Virus record (IMG/VR): IMGVR_UViG_3300023210_002164
Coordinates: 1-37,055 of that record
DNA: 37,055 nucleotides
Strand: one strand, 5' to 3'
Source of the DNA: a virus
Taxonomy: Duplodnaviria > Caudoviricetes
Below are positions 19,023-28,877 of the stretch, in pieces (positions within the stretch are counted from its first letter, which is position 1; each line of letters starts with the position of its first letter). The translations under genes were made by a program, and so were the position numbers. The notes under the pieces are model-generated. The model was not told the origin of the DNA and ran no database searches. It saw nothing but the letters and a program-made list of their open reading frames with translations.

Positions 19023-20621
19023 CTAATCCTCACTTGCAATAATGTCCATAATTTTACTTAAAAGGTCAATACCTAAAATATCAAACTTTACATGTCCTTG
19101 ACTTTCTAAATCATTCATTTCGAATGCGGCAATTGGTTTGCCTGATTTGTCTAGAACCATAGGACAGATGTCCTGTAACTTATGTTTAGAAATAATAACT
19201 CCAGCAGCATGTTTACCCTGTGATTTATTTGTGCCTTCAATTTTAATAGCCTGTTTGAATAAATCCGCAAGAGGTCCGTTTACATTCTCTTCTTCGTCCA
19301 TGTAGCACCATTCCCTAAGACTATCAGCCTCATTGATTAAAGCCCACTTAATAATTGAAGGATCATCCATCATTTCCAATTGGTCAGAAATTTGTGCTTC
19401 ATCTGGAATAGCGTCAGTAATATCATTCATTTCAGAAAACGACACAGCATCATTGATACGAAGCACTTCCTTAACTGCTGAACGACCCTGTAGCCTACCA
19501 AATGTAATCATCTGTGCAACATTTTCCTGACCATATTTTTCTTTAATATATGCAATAACATCATCTCTATGTTCTGCTGGAACATCAACATCAATATCTG
19601 GTAACGAAATATGATCTTCTGTGTTTCTACCTTCATTATAGAATCTTTCGAAGATTAAATCATATTCAATTGGATCTACTTCAGTAATATTAAGTAAATA
19701 TGAAACCAAGCATCCCGCAGCAGAGCCTCGTCCGGGACCAGCAATCCATCCCTGATCCTTTACATATGTCACAATGTCTCGCACAATTAAAAAATACCCC
19801 GAAAGCTCTGCTTTAAATATGACCGCCATCTCTTGTTTGATTCTATCGGTATAAATGTCTTTAGCTTCTTGGTCATCAATTTTACCACTGTTAATCAACT
19901 TATTACGCCAACCATGCCTACATACATCTTTAAGATACTCATCTTCACTCAAACCCTGTGGACAATCGTAGTGTGGTAGCATAGGCTTTTCATTTAGTTC
20001 ATAATCTTCACACATATCAATAATCTTATTTATAATTTCACTGTCATTAAATTCTATAGACTCTGCTGAAGTAGGTAGATACCAATTATCTTTGAGAAAG
20101 AACTTCTCATTGTTAAGCTCTTCCTTATCTTTAATTTTTTTGGCGACCTTTTTAAGATTAGTTTTCATACCTGAGCATAGCATAACCCTATGGCACTCAG
20201 CGTCTTCTTTATCTACATAAAATACTTCATGATCGCGACACGACCAGTTAATGTAATTATTCTTAAATAATTTTTGTAGTCCGTTAGCATTGTCGGAAAC
20301 GCAAATAACATTTCCATGCTCAGCAATTAACTTTAAAGTATCAACATCCTGAGCTGAAACATATTTAATTAAATCAAACCAACCATCTTTGTTTTTAGCA
20401 TAAAGGATGAAATCTTCAAAGTCGCAACCAAGGATTGGCTTAATGCCTTCTTTCTTACAGCTTTTGTGAAAGTCCGCTGCCCCAGAAATAGTGCCAATAT
20501 CCGCTATACCACATGCGGTATAACCATACTCTTTACACTTAGCGGCTAAGCTATTACATCGAGAGAACCCCTTAAGCAAGCTAAAATGAGTTTTACAGTT
20601 GAGTGGATTCCATTTCTTCAT
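19023..20621 (-). CDS. dnaE: DNA polymerase III alpha subunit, N-terminal half (degenerate PHP, palm, thumb)
   Basis: GIKPILG, GPGRGSAAGCLVSYLL, LIFERFYN, PDIDVD, GKHAAGVII, VKFDILG; all three catalytic Asp are present. Confidence 0.93.
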   Translation of the reverse strand: MKKWNPLNCKTHFSLLKGFSRCNSLAAKCKEYGYTACGIADIGTISGAADFHKSCKKEGIKPILGCDFEDFILYAKNKDGWFDLIKYVSAQDVDTLKLIAEHGNVICVSDNANGLQKLFKNNYINWSCRDHEVFYVDKEDAECHRVMLCSGMKTNLKKVAKKIKDKEELNNEKFFLKDNWYLPTSAESIEFNDSEIINKIIDMCEDYELNEKPMLPHYDCPQGLSEDEYLKDVCRHGWRNKLINSGKIDDQEAKDIYTDRIKQEMAVIFKAELSGYFLIVRDIVTYVKDQGWIAGPGRGSAAGCLVSYLLNITEVDPIEYDLIFERFYNEGRNTEDHISLPDIDVDVPAEHRDDVIAYIKEKYGQENVAQMITFGRLQGRSAVKEVLRINDAVSFSEMNDITDAIPDEAQISDQLEMMDDPSIIKWALINEADSLREWCYMDEEENVNGPLADLFKQAIKIEGTNKSQGKHAAGVIISKHKLQDICPMVLDKSGKPIAAFEMNDLESQGHVKFDILGIDLLSKIMDIIASED

Positions 20622-21519
20622 CTTTAAGCGTCTTTCGTAAATTTATAAGATCTGACTGGTAATCGTCTTTAGTCGCTATCCTGTGTTCAAGGATTTTTTT
20701 CAAATATAAAGCTAATTGTTTAGGATTTAAGAAATTACTTACATAATCAGTAATACTATATAACAAAGCTCTGAAATCAGGAGTTTGCATAAAGTTTAAG
20801 GATTGAGCGATACTCTGTTCAAGCTCATTCCATGAACGGGTCTTCATATGTGGGGCACATTCATAATACCATAGCTTCGGTAAGTGTTCAACCACTGGAA
20901 CCGTTCCCATTAGAATTGATTCAAAAAATCTAAAAGTTTCATCACTAATAGCTCCTTGTGGACATAGGCTCAACTTAGAATTACCTAAAATACTTAAATA
21001 TTCCTCCTGTGTCAAGCCGTCTGCAAACCCATCGGTGATTTTAGTAAAAATTTTATACTTATCTTTATGTTTGTCTAATATTTTGTTTAAATTTCTATAA
21101 AACGAATCACGCTTACCAGTGTGTGGAATTTGACCCATAAAGCAGAAGTCATATTCTCTTTCGGGTATAGGTATAATTTCTTGTTCGTTTATATCAATAT
21201 CCAGAAATGTCCCCAGCGGTAAAGGGGTGACCATAGGATTTAGAATTGGATGGCCCCACTTATCCAACATAAAATAATGCTGGAATATCATTAAAACATC
21301 GTCTCTATAAAATTCTTTCGGAACGCTATGACACTCTCTTGAAGTGCATATAACTACATTCTTTTTATCATCGTCGTATTCGGGTAAATCTTGTCCTTGA
21401 TATTTAACAATAATACGAAAACTATTATCAAGTATGTTAGCCAATGCTTCACATACATACAGAGTGAACTGATTACCAAGTTCAAACTCTTGATTAATAT
21501 CAACTAATTCTGCTGGCAT
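20593..21519 (-). CDS. Exostosin/GT47-like glycosyltransferase (paralog of 1078..1857)
   Basis: EREYDFCFMGQ, LSLCPQGAISDETFRFFESILMGTVPV. Confidence 0.72.
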   Translation of the reverse strand: MPAELVDINQEFELGNQFTLYVCEALANILDNSFRIIVKYQGQDLPEYDDDKKNVVICTSRECHSVPKEFYRDDVLMIFQHYFMLDKWGHPILNPMVTPLPLGTFLDIDINEQEIIPIPEREYDFCFMGQIPHTGKRDSFYRNLNKILDKHKDKYKIFTKITDGFADGLTQEEYLSILGNSKLSLCPQGAISDETFRFFESILMGTVPVVEHLPKLWYYECAPHMKTRSWNELEQSIAQSLNFMQTPDFRALLYSITDYVSNFLNPKQLALYLKKILEHRIATKDDYQSDLINLRKTLKDEEMESTQL

Positions 21520-22007
21520 AAAGAATCCTCTACTTTATTTAAATCTTTGATACTAATATTATAACAATCAGCCTTTACTCTAAGCCCATTATCTCCGTCT
21601 GTTTCACCCCTTTTTAAAAATTTGGCATCAGTAAAATACTTGTCTTTTGCATAAGATCCCAATACCCAAGCCCTGCCCCACCTACCTTTAATGTTTTCAA
21701 TTCTAACAAACACATAATGGTCACACGCCTGTTTCTGATTATAGGCAGCAACAGAGCATTCATAATATGGTCTTGGCTGACTAGTACACCTCTTGGTTTT
21801 TACATCATACTTGATATCGTCCTTTATGATATCATAGTCATATGTATTTGAAATCTTACCACCAATAACGCGATTAGCAACTTCTTCGCCTAAAAAACCA
21901 GCGATATTGCCATCACCCTTGGTGATAGAATGGTTAAGCTCACCCATAGCACGAGACTTACGCCATGCTCTTTGTTTCATCTCTTCTGTAATTGTTACTT
22001 CAATCAT
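21504..22007 (-). CDS. Hypothetical protein, possible PD-(D/E)XK restriction-endonuclease-like fold
   Basis: GFLGEE...YDYDII....YDVKTK pattern; start MIEV at 22007 (ATGA coupling). Confidence 0.5.
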   Translation of the reverse strand: MIEVTITEEMKQRAWRKSRAMGELNHSITKGDGNIAGFLGEEVANRVIGGKISNTYDYDIIKDDIKYDVKTKRCTSQPRPYYECSVAAYNQKQACDHYVFVRIENIKGRWGRAWVLGSYAKDKYFTDAKFLKRGETDGDNGLRVKADCYNISIKDLNKVEDSLCQQN

Positions 22008-22627
22008 TGTGCTTCCTCGTGTTTCCAGACAAATAAATCCCAATCTCTTACTTCTGATTCGTAGCCATTATAATAAAAGAACCGCATTAGGTATTTCGTA
22101 GCCTCTGGGTCATGATTAACTTCTACTGTCCAGTATTTAACATTGTATTTTCTAAAATCGAATACGCTCACTATAAACATTTCAGTACCTTCGGTATCAA
22201 TACTAATATAGTCTATGTCTGTTGGAGCGTTATGCTCTTCTAACATTGTGTTTATATCTATAGTTTTTATAGCGTACTGTGCGGTTTCCCTTTCGCCGGT
22301 TTCATTATTCTCAATATATCCAAAAGGAGCTACACCAGAAAGTGTTTTATCTTCTTTGTGAGAATAAAAAGGAACTTTAATATCATTCTTATGCATTACG
22401 GCCCTTGTTTCAATAGCACAATTTCTATTGTCTATCAAGTCCGTGATTACATCAGGATTACATTCAGCACATATGCCTGACCACCCATATTCTTTCTCAA
22501 GTACGTATGTGTTGGATATATATTTTCCATCATTAGCCCCTATTTCAACGAAGTAGCCATCTTTCTTATTTTTAGTTTGTTCTAAAATCCATTCATCTTG
22601 ACCTAACTGACTAATAGTTTCATTCAT
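22004..22627 (-). CDS. FkbM family methyltransferase (Methyltransf_21)
   Basis: SQLGQD, GYFVEIGANDG..ISNT..LE..YGWSG, IDYISIDTEGTE. Confidence 0.9.
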   Translation of the reverse strand: MNETISQLGQDEWILEQTKNKKDGYFVEIGANDGKYISNTYVLEKEYGWSGICAECNPDVITDLIDNRNCAIETRAVMHKNDIKVPFYSHKEDKTLSGVAPFGYIENNETGERETAQYAIKTIDINTMLEEHNAPTDIDYISIDTEGTEMFIVSVFDFRKYNVKYWTVEVNHDPEATKYLMRFFYYNGYESEVRDWDLFVWKHEEAQ

Positions 22628-22632
22628 AATAT

Positions 22633-23652
22633 TTATCCCGGCGCTTCATAAAAACCAATCTCATGTCCTTCAGCAGTACATCTTTCCATCGTCTCCTGTT
22701 CACCAAAAGCTTTCAAGTGGTCTTCCACATGGTGACACATAGTTTGATTAGTGCCGGGCCATTTATTTTTGTAAAAGTGACATAGTTTCGTACACTTAAA
22801 ATGCTTCCTTGTATGTGATATCGGTTGTGGGTACTCATTTCTTTTAATCTGCTTAAATCTCTTCTCTAACATTTTTAAAAACTTAGCCTGATCATCCTCA
22901 TCATAACACATACTAAATGGACCACCGTCGCGTATATAGAAGATCGACATAATCGACTGATCGTATTCAGGAAATAGTTTTGATATCGCATAATTATACA
23001 ACAACAACTGAGGATCTTCAATCAGTTTCTCATAAGTTTTTTCTTCACCTGTCGCCCAGTTTAATCTACGACCTGTCTTCCAGTCAATAACTTCTATTAC
23101 ACCATCTTCTACTTCTGTAACTAAATCTATTGTACCTTTAATGGCCAATTGACCACTAACAGATTCCCCGTTAGGCATTTTGTAGTCAAACTTAGCCCAG
23201 TCTTCTTCTATTAGAATATCAAACTGTGGCTCAGCCTCTACAATCTTTCTTTCTCGTGGATCAAACTGACCATCGTTATATGTCAATGCTTGATCCACTG
23301 ATTTCTCGCAAAACTTATAGTCAGCATTAGTGTAGTCATGGACACAGTTTTCAGTATAATGTTCATAACTACGTTTAAGTAACTTAGCCACAAATGTTTT
23401 TGTATATAAGTTTTTCGGGGTAAATTTAATTTCACCAATAGCATCATCGGTGACTTTCATAGTTTTTGTCTGTCTTCCTTGCAGCCGTTTCTTACATACC
23501 GCTAAACATTCCATAACCTTATGGACTATTGTTCCTAATTGTGCCTTTTTGCCAGAGGTAGACCTATGACCTAAGACATAAGTTATAAAGTACTGGAGTT
23601 GGCAGTAATCGTAATTATTATAGGATGAACTACGAATGTAAGTAACTATCAT
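22633..23652 (-). CDS. PD-(D/E)XK exonuclease, Cas4/RecB-like, with probable Fe-S cysteines
   Basis: SSSYNNYDYC, GTIVH, KGTIDLV, IDWKTG, QLLLY, C-terminal CTKLC...C. Confidence 0.85.
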   Translation of the reverse strand: MIVTYIRSSSYNNYDYCQLQYFITYVLGHRSTSGKKAQLGTIVHKVMECLAVCKKRLQGRQTKTMKVTDDAIGEIKFTPKNLYTKTFVAKLLKRSYEHYTENCVHDYTNADYKFCEKSVDQALTYNDGQFDPRERKIVEAEPQFDILIEEDWAKFDYKMPNGESVSGQLAIKGTIDLVTEVEDGVIEVIDWKTGRRLNWATGEEKTYEKLIEDPQLLLYNYAISKLFPEYDQSIMSIFYIRDGGPFSMCYDEDDQAKFLKMLEKRFKQIKRNEYPQPISHTRKHFKCTKLCHFYKNKWPGTNQTMCHHVEDHLKAFGEQETMERCTAEGHEIGFYEAPG

Positions 23653-23655
23653 AAA

Positions 23656-24561
23656 CTATTTTTCCTTTATTGTGTGGATGCCTCCAACAAGCTCTGGTTT
23701 TGGATTAGATGAAGTGGGTGTGACTTTTTCAGGCTGTATATTCTTACCAAGCCATCCCCATTGGTCTAAAACTTCAATAATTTTAATATTGGTCTCTTGA
23801 ATAGATAAGTTTTGATTATCGATAACATAATCAAATTCATTGAAATTATTTAATGCGGATTCACTAACGTGACCATCTGTAAACTTACTTCTGGTTAAAT
23901 GAATAACTTTACCTCCCGAGCTTTGAATAGTTTCGATCTCGTCTGGAAACCTACAATCATCTATAACTGCTAACAAGGGACTTTCACGACTAATGTCCTC
24001 AATTAATTTAGCCCTCCAAATATCTTCATACATCTTACGACAAATATCCGTACCAAAGAATTGTAGAAATTCTCGATGGGTCATTTTACCTGCTTTATGA
24101 TAAATCAAAACACCGTTTTCAATTAACGGCTTAATGTCTTTCTTTTTAGCTAATACTGCACTTGTGATGACTCCCGGCATATCAGCCCAATTCAGATGTG
24201 TTTTTTTATTTTTATCTAAATTGCTTCCGTAGACGTTTTCACTTCTAAGACCAAATAACCCTGTAGCTATTTCCTTTAAAGTTGAGGCGAATGAATACTG
24301 CTTGATAAAAGGCCACACACTATACGACGCCCATTCAGCAAATTCCATATCGCTACGAGATGTGTCTAAAGCGCCATACCCCTCTTTCTCGACACCCTCT
24401 GAATCGATCATCACGGTATTAATAACCAATGAACCGTCTTCAAGAATATTAAATCCATTAATTACACCATTCGCTCGTAATTGATACCCATGTAAAAAAT
24501 TACAGCACGTAGTTTTACCAGCTTGCTTGTTACCAGAAACGCCTAAAATTTTAGTTTCCAT
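23656..24561 (-). CDS. Deoxynucleoside monophosphate kinase (phage type)
   Basis: GVSGNKQAGKT, SFASTLKE, REFLQFFGTD, DDCRFPDE, HVSE. Confidence 0.88.
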   Translation of the reverse strand: METKILGVSGNKQAGKTTCCNFLHGYQLRANGVINGFNILEDGSLVINTVMIDSEGVEKEGYGALDTSRSDMEFAEWASYSVWPFIKQYSFASTLKEIATGLFGLRSENVYGSNLDKNKKTHLNWADMPGVITSAVLAKKKDIKPLIENGVLIYHKAGKMTHREFLQFFGTDICRKMYEDIWRAKLIEDISRESPLLAVIDDCRFPDEIETIQSSGGKVIHLTRSKFTDGHVSESALNNFNEFDYVIDNQNLSIQETNIKIIEVLDQWGWLGKNIQPEKVTPTSSNPKPELVGGIHTIKEK

Positions 24562-25649
24562 TACATAAATCTTTCTATTTGTGGCTTAAGATGCTCTTCG
24601 ATCTGTTCTAAAGTCATTTCTCCAACATCTTTAGTTGGAATAATGGGTCTAAAATAATTAAATCTTCTGCTACATTTATTCATAATTTGATGATAGGCTT
24701 TTTCTCCAGCCTGATCCGAATCTGTCAATATGATTACGTTTAAGGCTCCACTGCTTTCTAATAACAATAATTGATCATCAGCAATACTAGCACCAAACAA
24801 ACCAACACAATTTTTGTAACCAGCTTCATGAAGTCTCCAAACATCTCCCTGACCTTCAACCAATATTACAGATCCAGTTTTCTTGATATAGTCTTTGGCG
24901 ATGTTCAAACCATATAAAATATTTTGTTTCTTAAAGCCTGCGGGGAATAGCCACTTAGGATTTAGATTATTAGAGACCGCTCTACCTATATAACTTACAT
25001 AGTTATAGTCTTCATCGTATATTGGCACCACAACTCTTTTCTGCATTGGTCCATTTTTTTTAAGAGAAAGACCAATATCAAATTCGTTTAGAATCTCAGA
25101 AGAAAATCCACGACCCATAAAGTACTCTGATGGGATTTGCAGACTGTCTCGAATTTTACCCCTTTCTAAAGCACTCTTTTCTCTTGAAATACTTCTATTA
25201 AAAATATCAATTAATTTGGATGTTTTGTCTTTTAGAATAGAATGGTTAGCTAAATTATCTATATCAGAGTCTAAAATATGTAAACAGAAGTCTGCTGTCT
25301 CATTCATAGACACCTTCCTGTTCCTTTTTTCAGAAAGGGAGCCTCGAACAAACCCAAATAAACTACTTGTATATTCCTCTTCACACAATGCTGTCCAGCA
25401 CTTCCAATTACCTTTATTTGTATCTCCATCAGTAAATATACAACATCCTTCAGGATTATCCCCATTGTGGACAGGGCACGGAAACGCATATCTATTAGGA
25501 TACTCTATATAGTCAATTTCTAAAGCCTGTAAAAGCTCTGGCAGTCTATCTAATAAATTTAAGCAGATATCAGATATCTGTTGCTGCGTCAACTTCTTCG
25601 CTGATTTCAAAACCTTCGTCCCTCGTCCTGTTACTGTTGTGGATTTCAT
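24561..25649 (-). CDS. dnaG: DNA primase (DnaG-like; zinc finger plus TOPRIM); start uncertain (25688, 25649 or TTG 25610)
   Basis: CPVH...WKCWTALC zinc finger, RVVVPI, IGRA, LYGLN, LVEGQGDV, DSDQAG. Confidence 0.88.
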   Translation of the reverse strand: MKSTTVTGRGTKVLKSAKKLTQQQISDICLNLLDRLPELLQALEIDYIEYPNRYAFPCPVHNGDNPEGCCIFTDGDTNKGNWKCWTALCEEEYTSSLFGFVRGSLSEKRNRKVSMNETADFCLHILDSDIDNLANHSILKDKTSKLIDIFNRSISREKSALERGKIRDSLQIPSEYFMGRGFSSEILNEFDIGLSLKKNGPMQKRVVVPIYDEDYNYVSYIGRAVSNNLNPKWLFPAGFKKQNILYGLNIAKDYIKKTGSVILVEGQGDVWRLHEAGYKNCVGLFGASIADDQLLLLESSGALNVIILTDSDQAGEKAYHQIMNKCSRRFNYFRPIIPTKDVGEMTLEQIEEHLKPQIERFM

Positions 25650-27039
25650 TTCTAGTTCTACCTTCTGCGATCTTGCCAATCGAACCATACATATTCATAC
25701 TAATATAATCACCAGAATCTAACATCTCACCATGTCTCGCTACAACAGGCACCAATTTTCTATTACCATGCTCAATACCGTCATCGGCAACTTCCTCGTC
25801 CGACTTCATCTTAAAGATTGAAAAACTCGTACAGAGCCAAATCAATCTGTCAGAACCAGATACTACATCTGTAGATTCTTTCGTAATACCATCCCTATTC
25901 AACTGAACAAAGCTCAAACATGGAACATCATACTTTACACAAAAGTTATGTAGCTTAGTGATCTGAAATCCAAGGACTTGATACTCCTGCATTGAGCTAC
26001 TAATACTTTCCGATCCCATGAGTTTCAAGTAATCATAAACAAGTAGGCAGTCTTTTGTTTTTCCATTCTCGTCAAAACCTACATACTGATAGATCCACTT
26101 ACGCATTACGGCTAAAATGTTCTCAAATGATTGACCCGCAATACTTATATAATGATATGGGATACTTTTCAGCTTCTCGCCTGCGGCTCTGACTTTTTCC
26201 TTTTCGATTTCGTTTTCACTAAACTTACCAGTAGAGATCTTATTAATATCAACACCACTGAGATTCGCGAGCATTCTATTTAGATGGTCTTCTTTAGACA
26301 TTTCAGTATCCAGCATAAGGACTGGAATACCTAAGTTTTGAGCTACGTTGATTGCTACAGCGTCTCCAAACATTGACTTGCCAACTTTAGGGCGAGCCGC
26401 AATTAGGTCAACAGATTTTCGCCTAAGCCCACCACCAATAGCTAAATCATATGCGTTAAACCCTGTTGGAATACCAGCAATGTCGCATGGGTTTTCCGCA
26501 AGGTATGAAATATAATCTTCAATATCATTACCAATAATCTCTGTGTTTTTATTTGAGCTTTGGTATATGTCTGCGGTCGCATCAAGTATAGGCTCTTCAA
26601 CTTTAGATATCAGATCCATGATATCCTCATCGCCATTTACTGAGTCAAGATCTTTTTGACAAGCTTGTAATGTTTTCTTTAGATCTCTCGCTAATTTCAA
26701 CTTAGCGATTCTGGCCGCATGGGTCGCCGCATTTTCTTTATGAATAGGAAAATTGAAAAGAGATCTAATAAAAGATATCTCTTCTTTTGTATTCAATAAG
26801 TCATAAACACCTAAATCATTAGATGCTGACAATATAGAAGATAATTCTACTTTTGAATTGTTAGATATAGACTTATATATGCAGTTGAATAAGACTTGGT
26901 TCATTTCATCATTAAAATGATCCGCTGTAATAAAATCTATCTCTAGATAGCAATCTAAGCCATATTGACACAATGCAGACAAGACCGCTCGCTCGGCGGC
27001 TACATCTTGTAGTATGGTTTTGTTTATTTTTTTAGACAT
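25570..27039 (-). CDS. dnaB: Replicative DNA helicase DnaB
   Basis: AERAVL, GIPTGF, AARPKVGKS, DTEMS, VYDYLKL, VQLNR. Start MSKK at 27039 preferred. Confidence 0.92.
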   Translation of the reverse strand: MSKKINKTILQDVAAERAVLSALCQYGLDCYLEIDFITADHFNDEMNQVLFNCIYKSISNNSKVELSSILSASNDLGVYDLLNTKEEISFIRSLFNFPIHKENAATHAARIAKLKLARDLKKTLQACQKDLDSVNGDEDIMDLISKVEEPILDATADIYQSSNKNTEIIGNDIEDYISYLAENPCDIAGIPTGFNAYDLAIGGGLRRKSVDLIAARPKVGKSMFGDAVAINVAQNLGIPVLMLDTEMSKEDHLNRMLANLSGVDINKISTGKFSENEIEKEKVRAAGEKLKSIPYHYISIAGQSFENILAVMRKWIYQYVGFDENGKTKDCLLVYDYLKLMGSESISSSMQEYQVLGFQITKLHNFCVKYDVPCLSFVQLNRDGITKESTDVVSGSDRLIWLCTSFSIFKMKSDEEVADDGIEHGNRKLVPVVARHGEMLDSGDYISMNMYGSIGKIAEGRTRNEIHNSNRTRDEGFEISEEVDAATDI

Positions 27040-27308
27040 AGGTCGCAAACAAAGAAATCACGGACATGGGCAGGATTAACAGTAAAAGATTTATTACATC
27101 TTTGACACACTTGGTCAACTGGTTTGTATTGTGTTCTATTTCTTTGCGTAGGGGTAAAATCTGGAGTTGTAACATCTTTAGCAATAGTGCCATCGTCCTG
27201 AAAAAGATTAACTCTATCTTTTGTTTCGGTGACAGGAGTGCTAGTTGTTGGCTCGTCTGTCTTTTGTTTTATCGTGAATAAAAAGTCGTCACGATTTTCT
27301 ATGGTCAT
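27024..27308 (-). CDS. Small zinc-ribbon protein (CxxC-x16-CxxC)
   Basis: C-terminal CQRC...CDLC. Confidence 0.6.
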   Translation of the reverse strand: MTIENRDDFLFTIKQKTDEPTTSTPVTETKDRVNLFQDDGTIAKDVTTPDFTPTQRNRTQYKPVDQVCQRCNKSFTVNPAHVRDFFVCDLCLKK

Positions 27309-27310
27309 AG

Positions 27311-27772
27311 TTATCTTCTCCTAGAAAGGTTTGTTAGAATGTCTGCCATCTTTTGTATTCTCTCAGATTTTCCATCAAGTGTTGTTACCCTACATTCTGC
27401 GTGATTCTTAATCCTCAATATATCACTAGCCAAGGGATTCTCTTGGATGGCAGAATAATATTTTTCTTGCCATTTTGTGTATTGGGTGCCATAATTCTGC
27501 ATCAGTGTAGATACTATATACCAAATACTAGCATCCGCCCAGTCTAAAACAATTTTTTCTTTTGTTCTGACTCCCTCGACATATTCTGAATATGCATATA
27601 GCTCATAGGCATAGGAAGCACACTCATCATTAGATAGTTCTCGGATTTCTGCCGCATTCATATTGAGGATCATCTTTATCTGTGGATTCTCATCAACCAG
27701 CGGCAAGCATTTAGAGGCTAACCACAACCCCATAGCTTCTAAGAATTTATTCAATTTTTCTTCACCAGTCAT
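27311..27772 (-). CDS. Hypothetical helical protein (possible UvsY-like recombination mediator)
   Basis: 153 aa, apparently all-helical with a coiled-coil-like C-terminus, located between recA and dnaB. The function is inference only. Confidence 0.55.
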   Translation of the reverse strand: MTGEEKLNKFLEAMGLWLASKCLPLVDENPQIKMILNMNAAEIRELSNDECASYAYELYAYSEYVEGVRTKEKIVLDWADASIWYIVSTLMQNYGTQYTKWQEKYYSAIQENPLASDILRIKNHAECRVTTLDGKSERIQKMADILTNLSRRR

Positions 27773-28452
27773 ATAAATTCTCTCCTAACGCCAAACAAAT
27801 CTTCGTACAGCTCTAAGTCTTTTTCTATCAGGTTAGTTGCTTTTTTTATGATTTTTTTGTCTTCGTAAACATCTGTACCCATTTTGTGTCTGGTTTCATT
27901 TATTTTTCTTAATGGAAAACGCCGTCTAAGATCGTCAATAAAAGTTTCAATCGGTACTACGCTGTTTAATGCGGTATAATTACTACAGTTATTCCCTATA
28001 CGGGTTATTATTTTATCTAATTCATTTTCTAAATTTGAAAAAGAGACAATGTGATCAACGTCAATTATTCCATTTGTAGTAAACCAATAACTTTGTAGAT
28101 TATTACCCACCTTGTTAAATCCATCTATAAAATTTTCAAAATTTAATAATGAGCCAGAAGTGTCACAAGTATATCCAAACATTGAAAGTAGCCAATCATA
28201 CGGCTCCCTCATCACGGCAAAGCTGAAGAAATTGTTGTATTTCTCGTCTCCAATTTTTTTTCTCAGTTCTGTAGTTGTAATATGACCATCTTTAATATAT
28301 TCAAGCTTTCTATGATCTATTAGGCCGTGCTCCTCAATAGCTTGTTGATTCACGAAATCAAGACCGATAAGACAGTCCGTTACAGATGTGCCTCCTGTTT
28401 TGGGTACATGTATAAATATTAATTTAATGTCATCGTACACAAAGGCTGTCAT
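27769..28452 (-). CDS. Sulfotransferase family 2 protein
   Basis: 5'-PSB motif IFIHVPKTGGTS and 3'-PB motif FAVMREPYDWLLSMF. Confidence 0.85.
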   Translation of the reverse strand: MTAFVYDDIKLIFIHVPKTGGTSVTDCLIGLDFVNQQAIEEHGLIDHRKLEYIKDGHITTTELRKKIGDEKYNNFFSFAVMREPYDWLLSMFGYTCDTSGSLLNFENFIDGFNKVGNNLQSYWFTTNGIIDVDHIVSFSNLENELDKIITRIGNNCSNYTALNSVVPIETFIDDLRRRFPLRKINETRHKMGTDVYEDKKIIKKATNLIEKDLELYEDLFGVRREFI

Positions 28453-28469
28453 ATTTCAACTCCAAGAAT

Positions 28470-28877
28470 TTATTCAATTTTTCTTCGCCACTCATCTATA
28501 TCCTCATTGTAATTAAGTTCTACTAATCTCATATTATTTAACTCACACCATTCTCGTTTTTCTATATCTCTAGCTTTGGCTTTGTAAAATGCCATTTTAT
28601 TTTTATAGAAAAAGGTATTAAACTTATGGTGCTGTTCGCCATGAACTTCCACAATTAAATCTCTATTAGGCACAAATAAATCAGCTCTCAAAGTACTCTT
28701 TCTGATTGCTGTTTTGCTGCCCGGTAGTGAAATTTCTTCTAAGATTCTATCATACGGAAAAATTTCTTCAAGCAACTCCTTGGCTTTATTATGTAAAGAA
28801 GATCTGTTTTCACAAGAAGCTTGGCAATTAGATGGGTGCCAAGAATATTCTCTACCATCTAAGCCCTTTATTTTCAT
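28470..28877 (-). CDS. Vsr/DUF559-like endonuclease
   Basis: LRADLFVP...IVEVHGEQH...ARDIEKREWCE..NMRLV; start MKIK at 28877 (ATGA coupling). Confidence 0.75.
   Translation of the reverse strand: MKIKGLDGREYSWHPSNCQASCENRSSLHNKAKELLEEIFPYDRILEEISLPGSKTAIRKSTLRADLFVPNRDLIVEVHGEQHHKFNTFFYKNKMAFYKAKARDIEKREWCELNNMRLVELNYNEDIDEWRRKIE

Noticed and set aside
17524-22627. Restriction-modification system from the methyltransferases plus the PD-(D/E)XK-like ORF
   Set aside because: The methyltransferases are FkbM/Methyltransf_24 small-molecule or glycan types with no DPPY/NPPY or PC DNA-methylase motifs.
22633-23652. CRISPR-Cas system implied by the Cas4-like nuclease
   Set aside because: No repeat-spacer array or other cas genes; stand-alone Cas4/RecB-like nucleases are common in phage replication modules.
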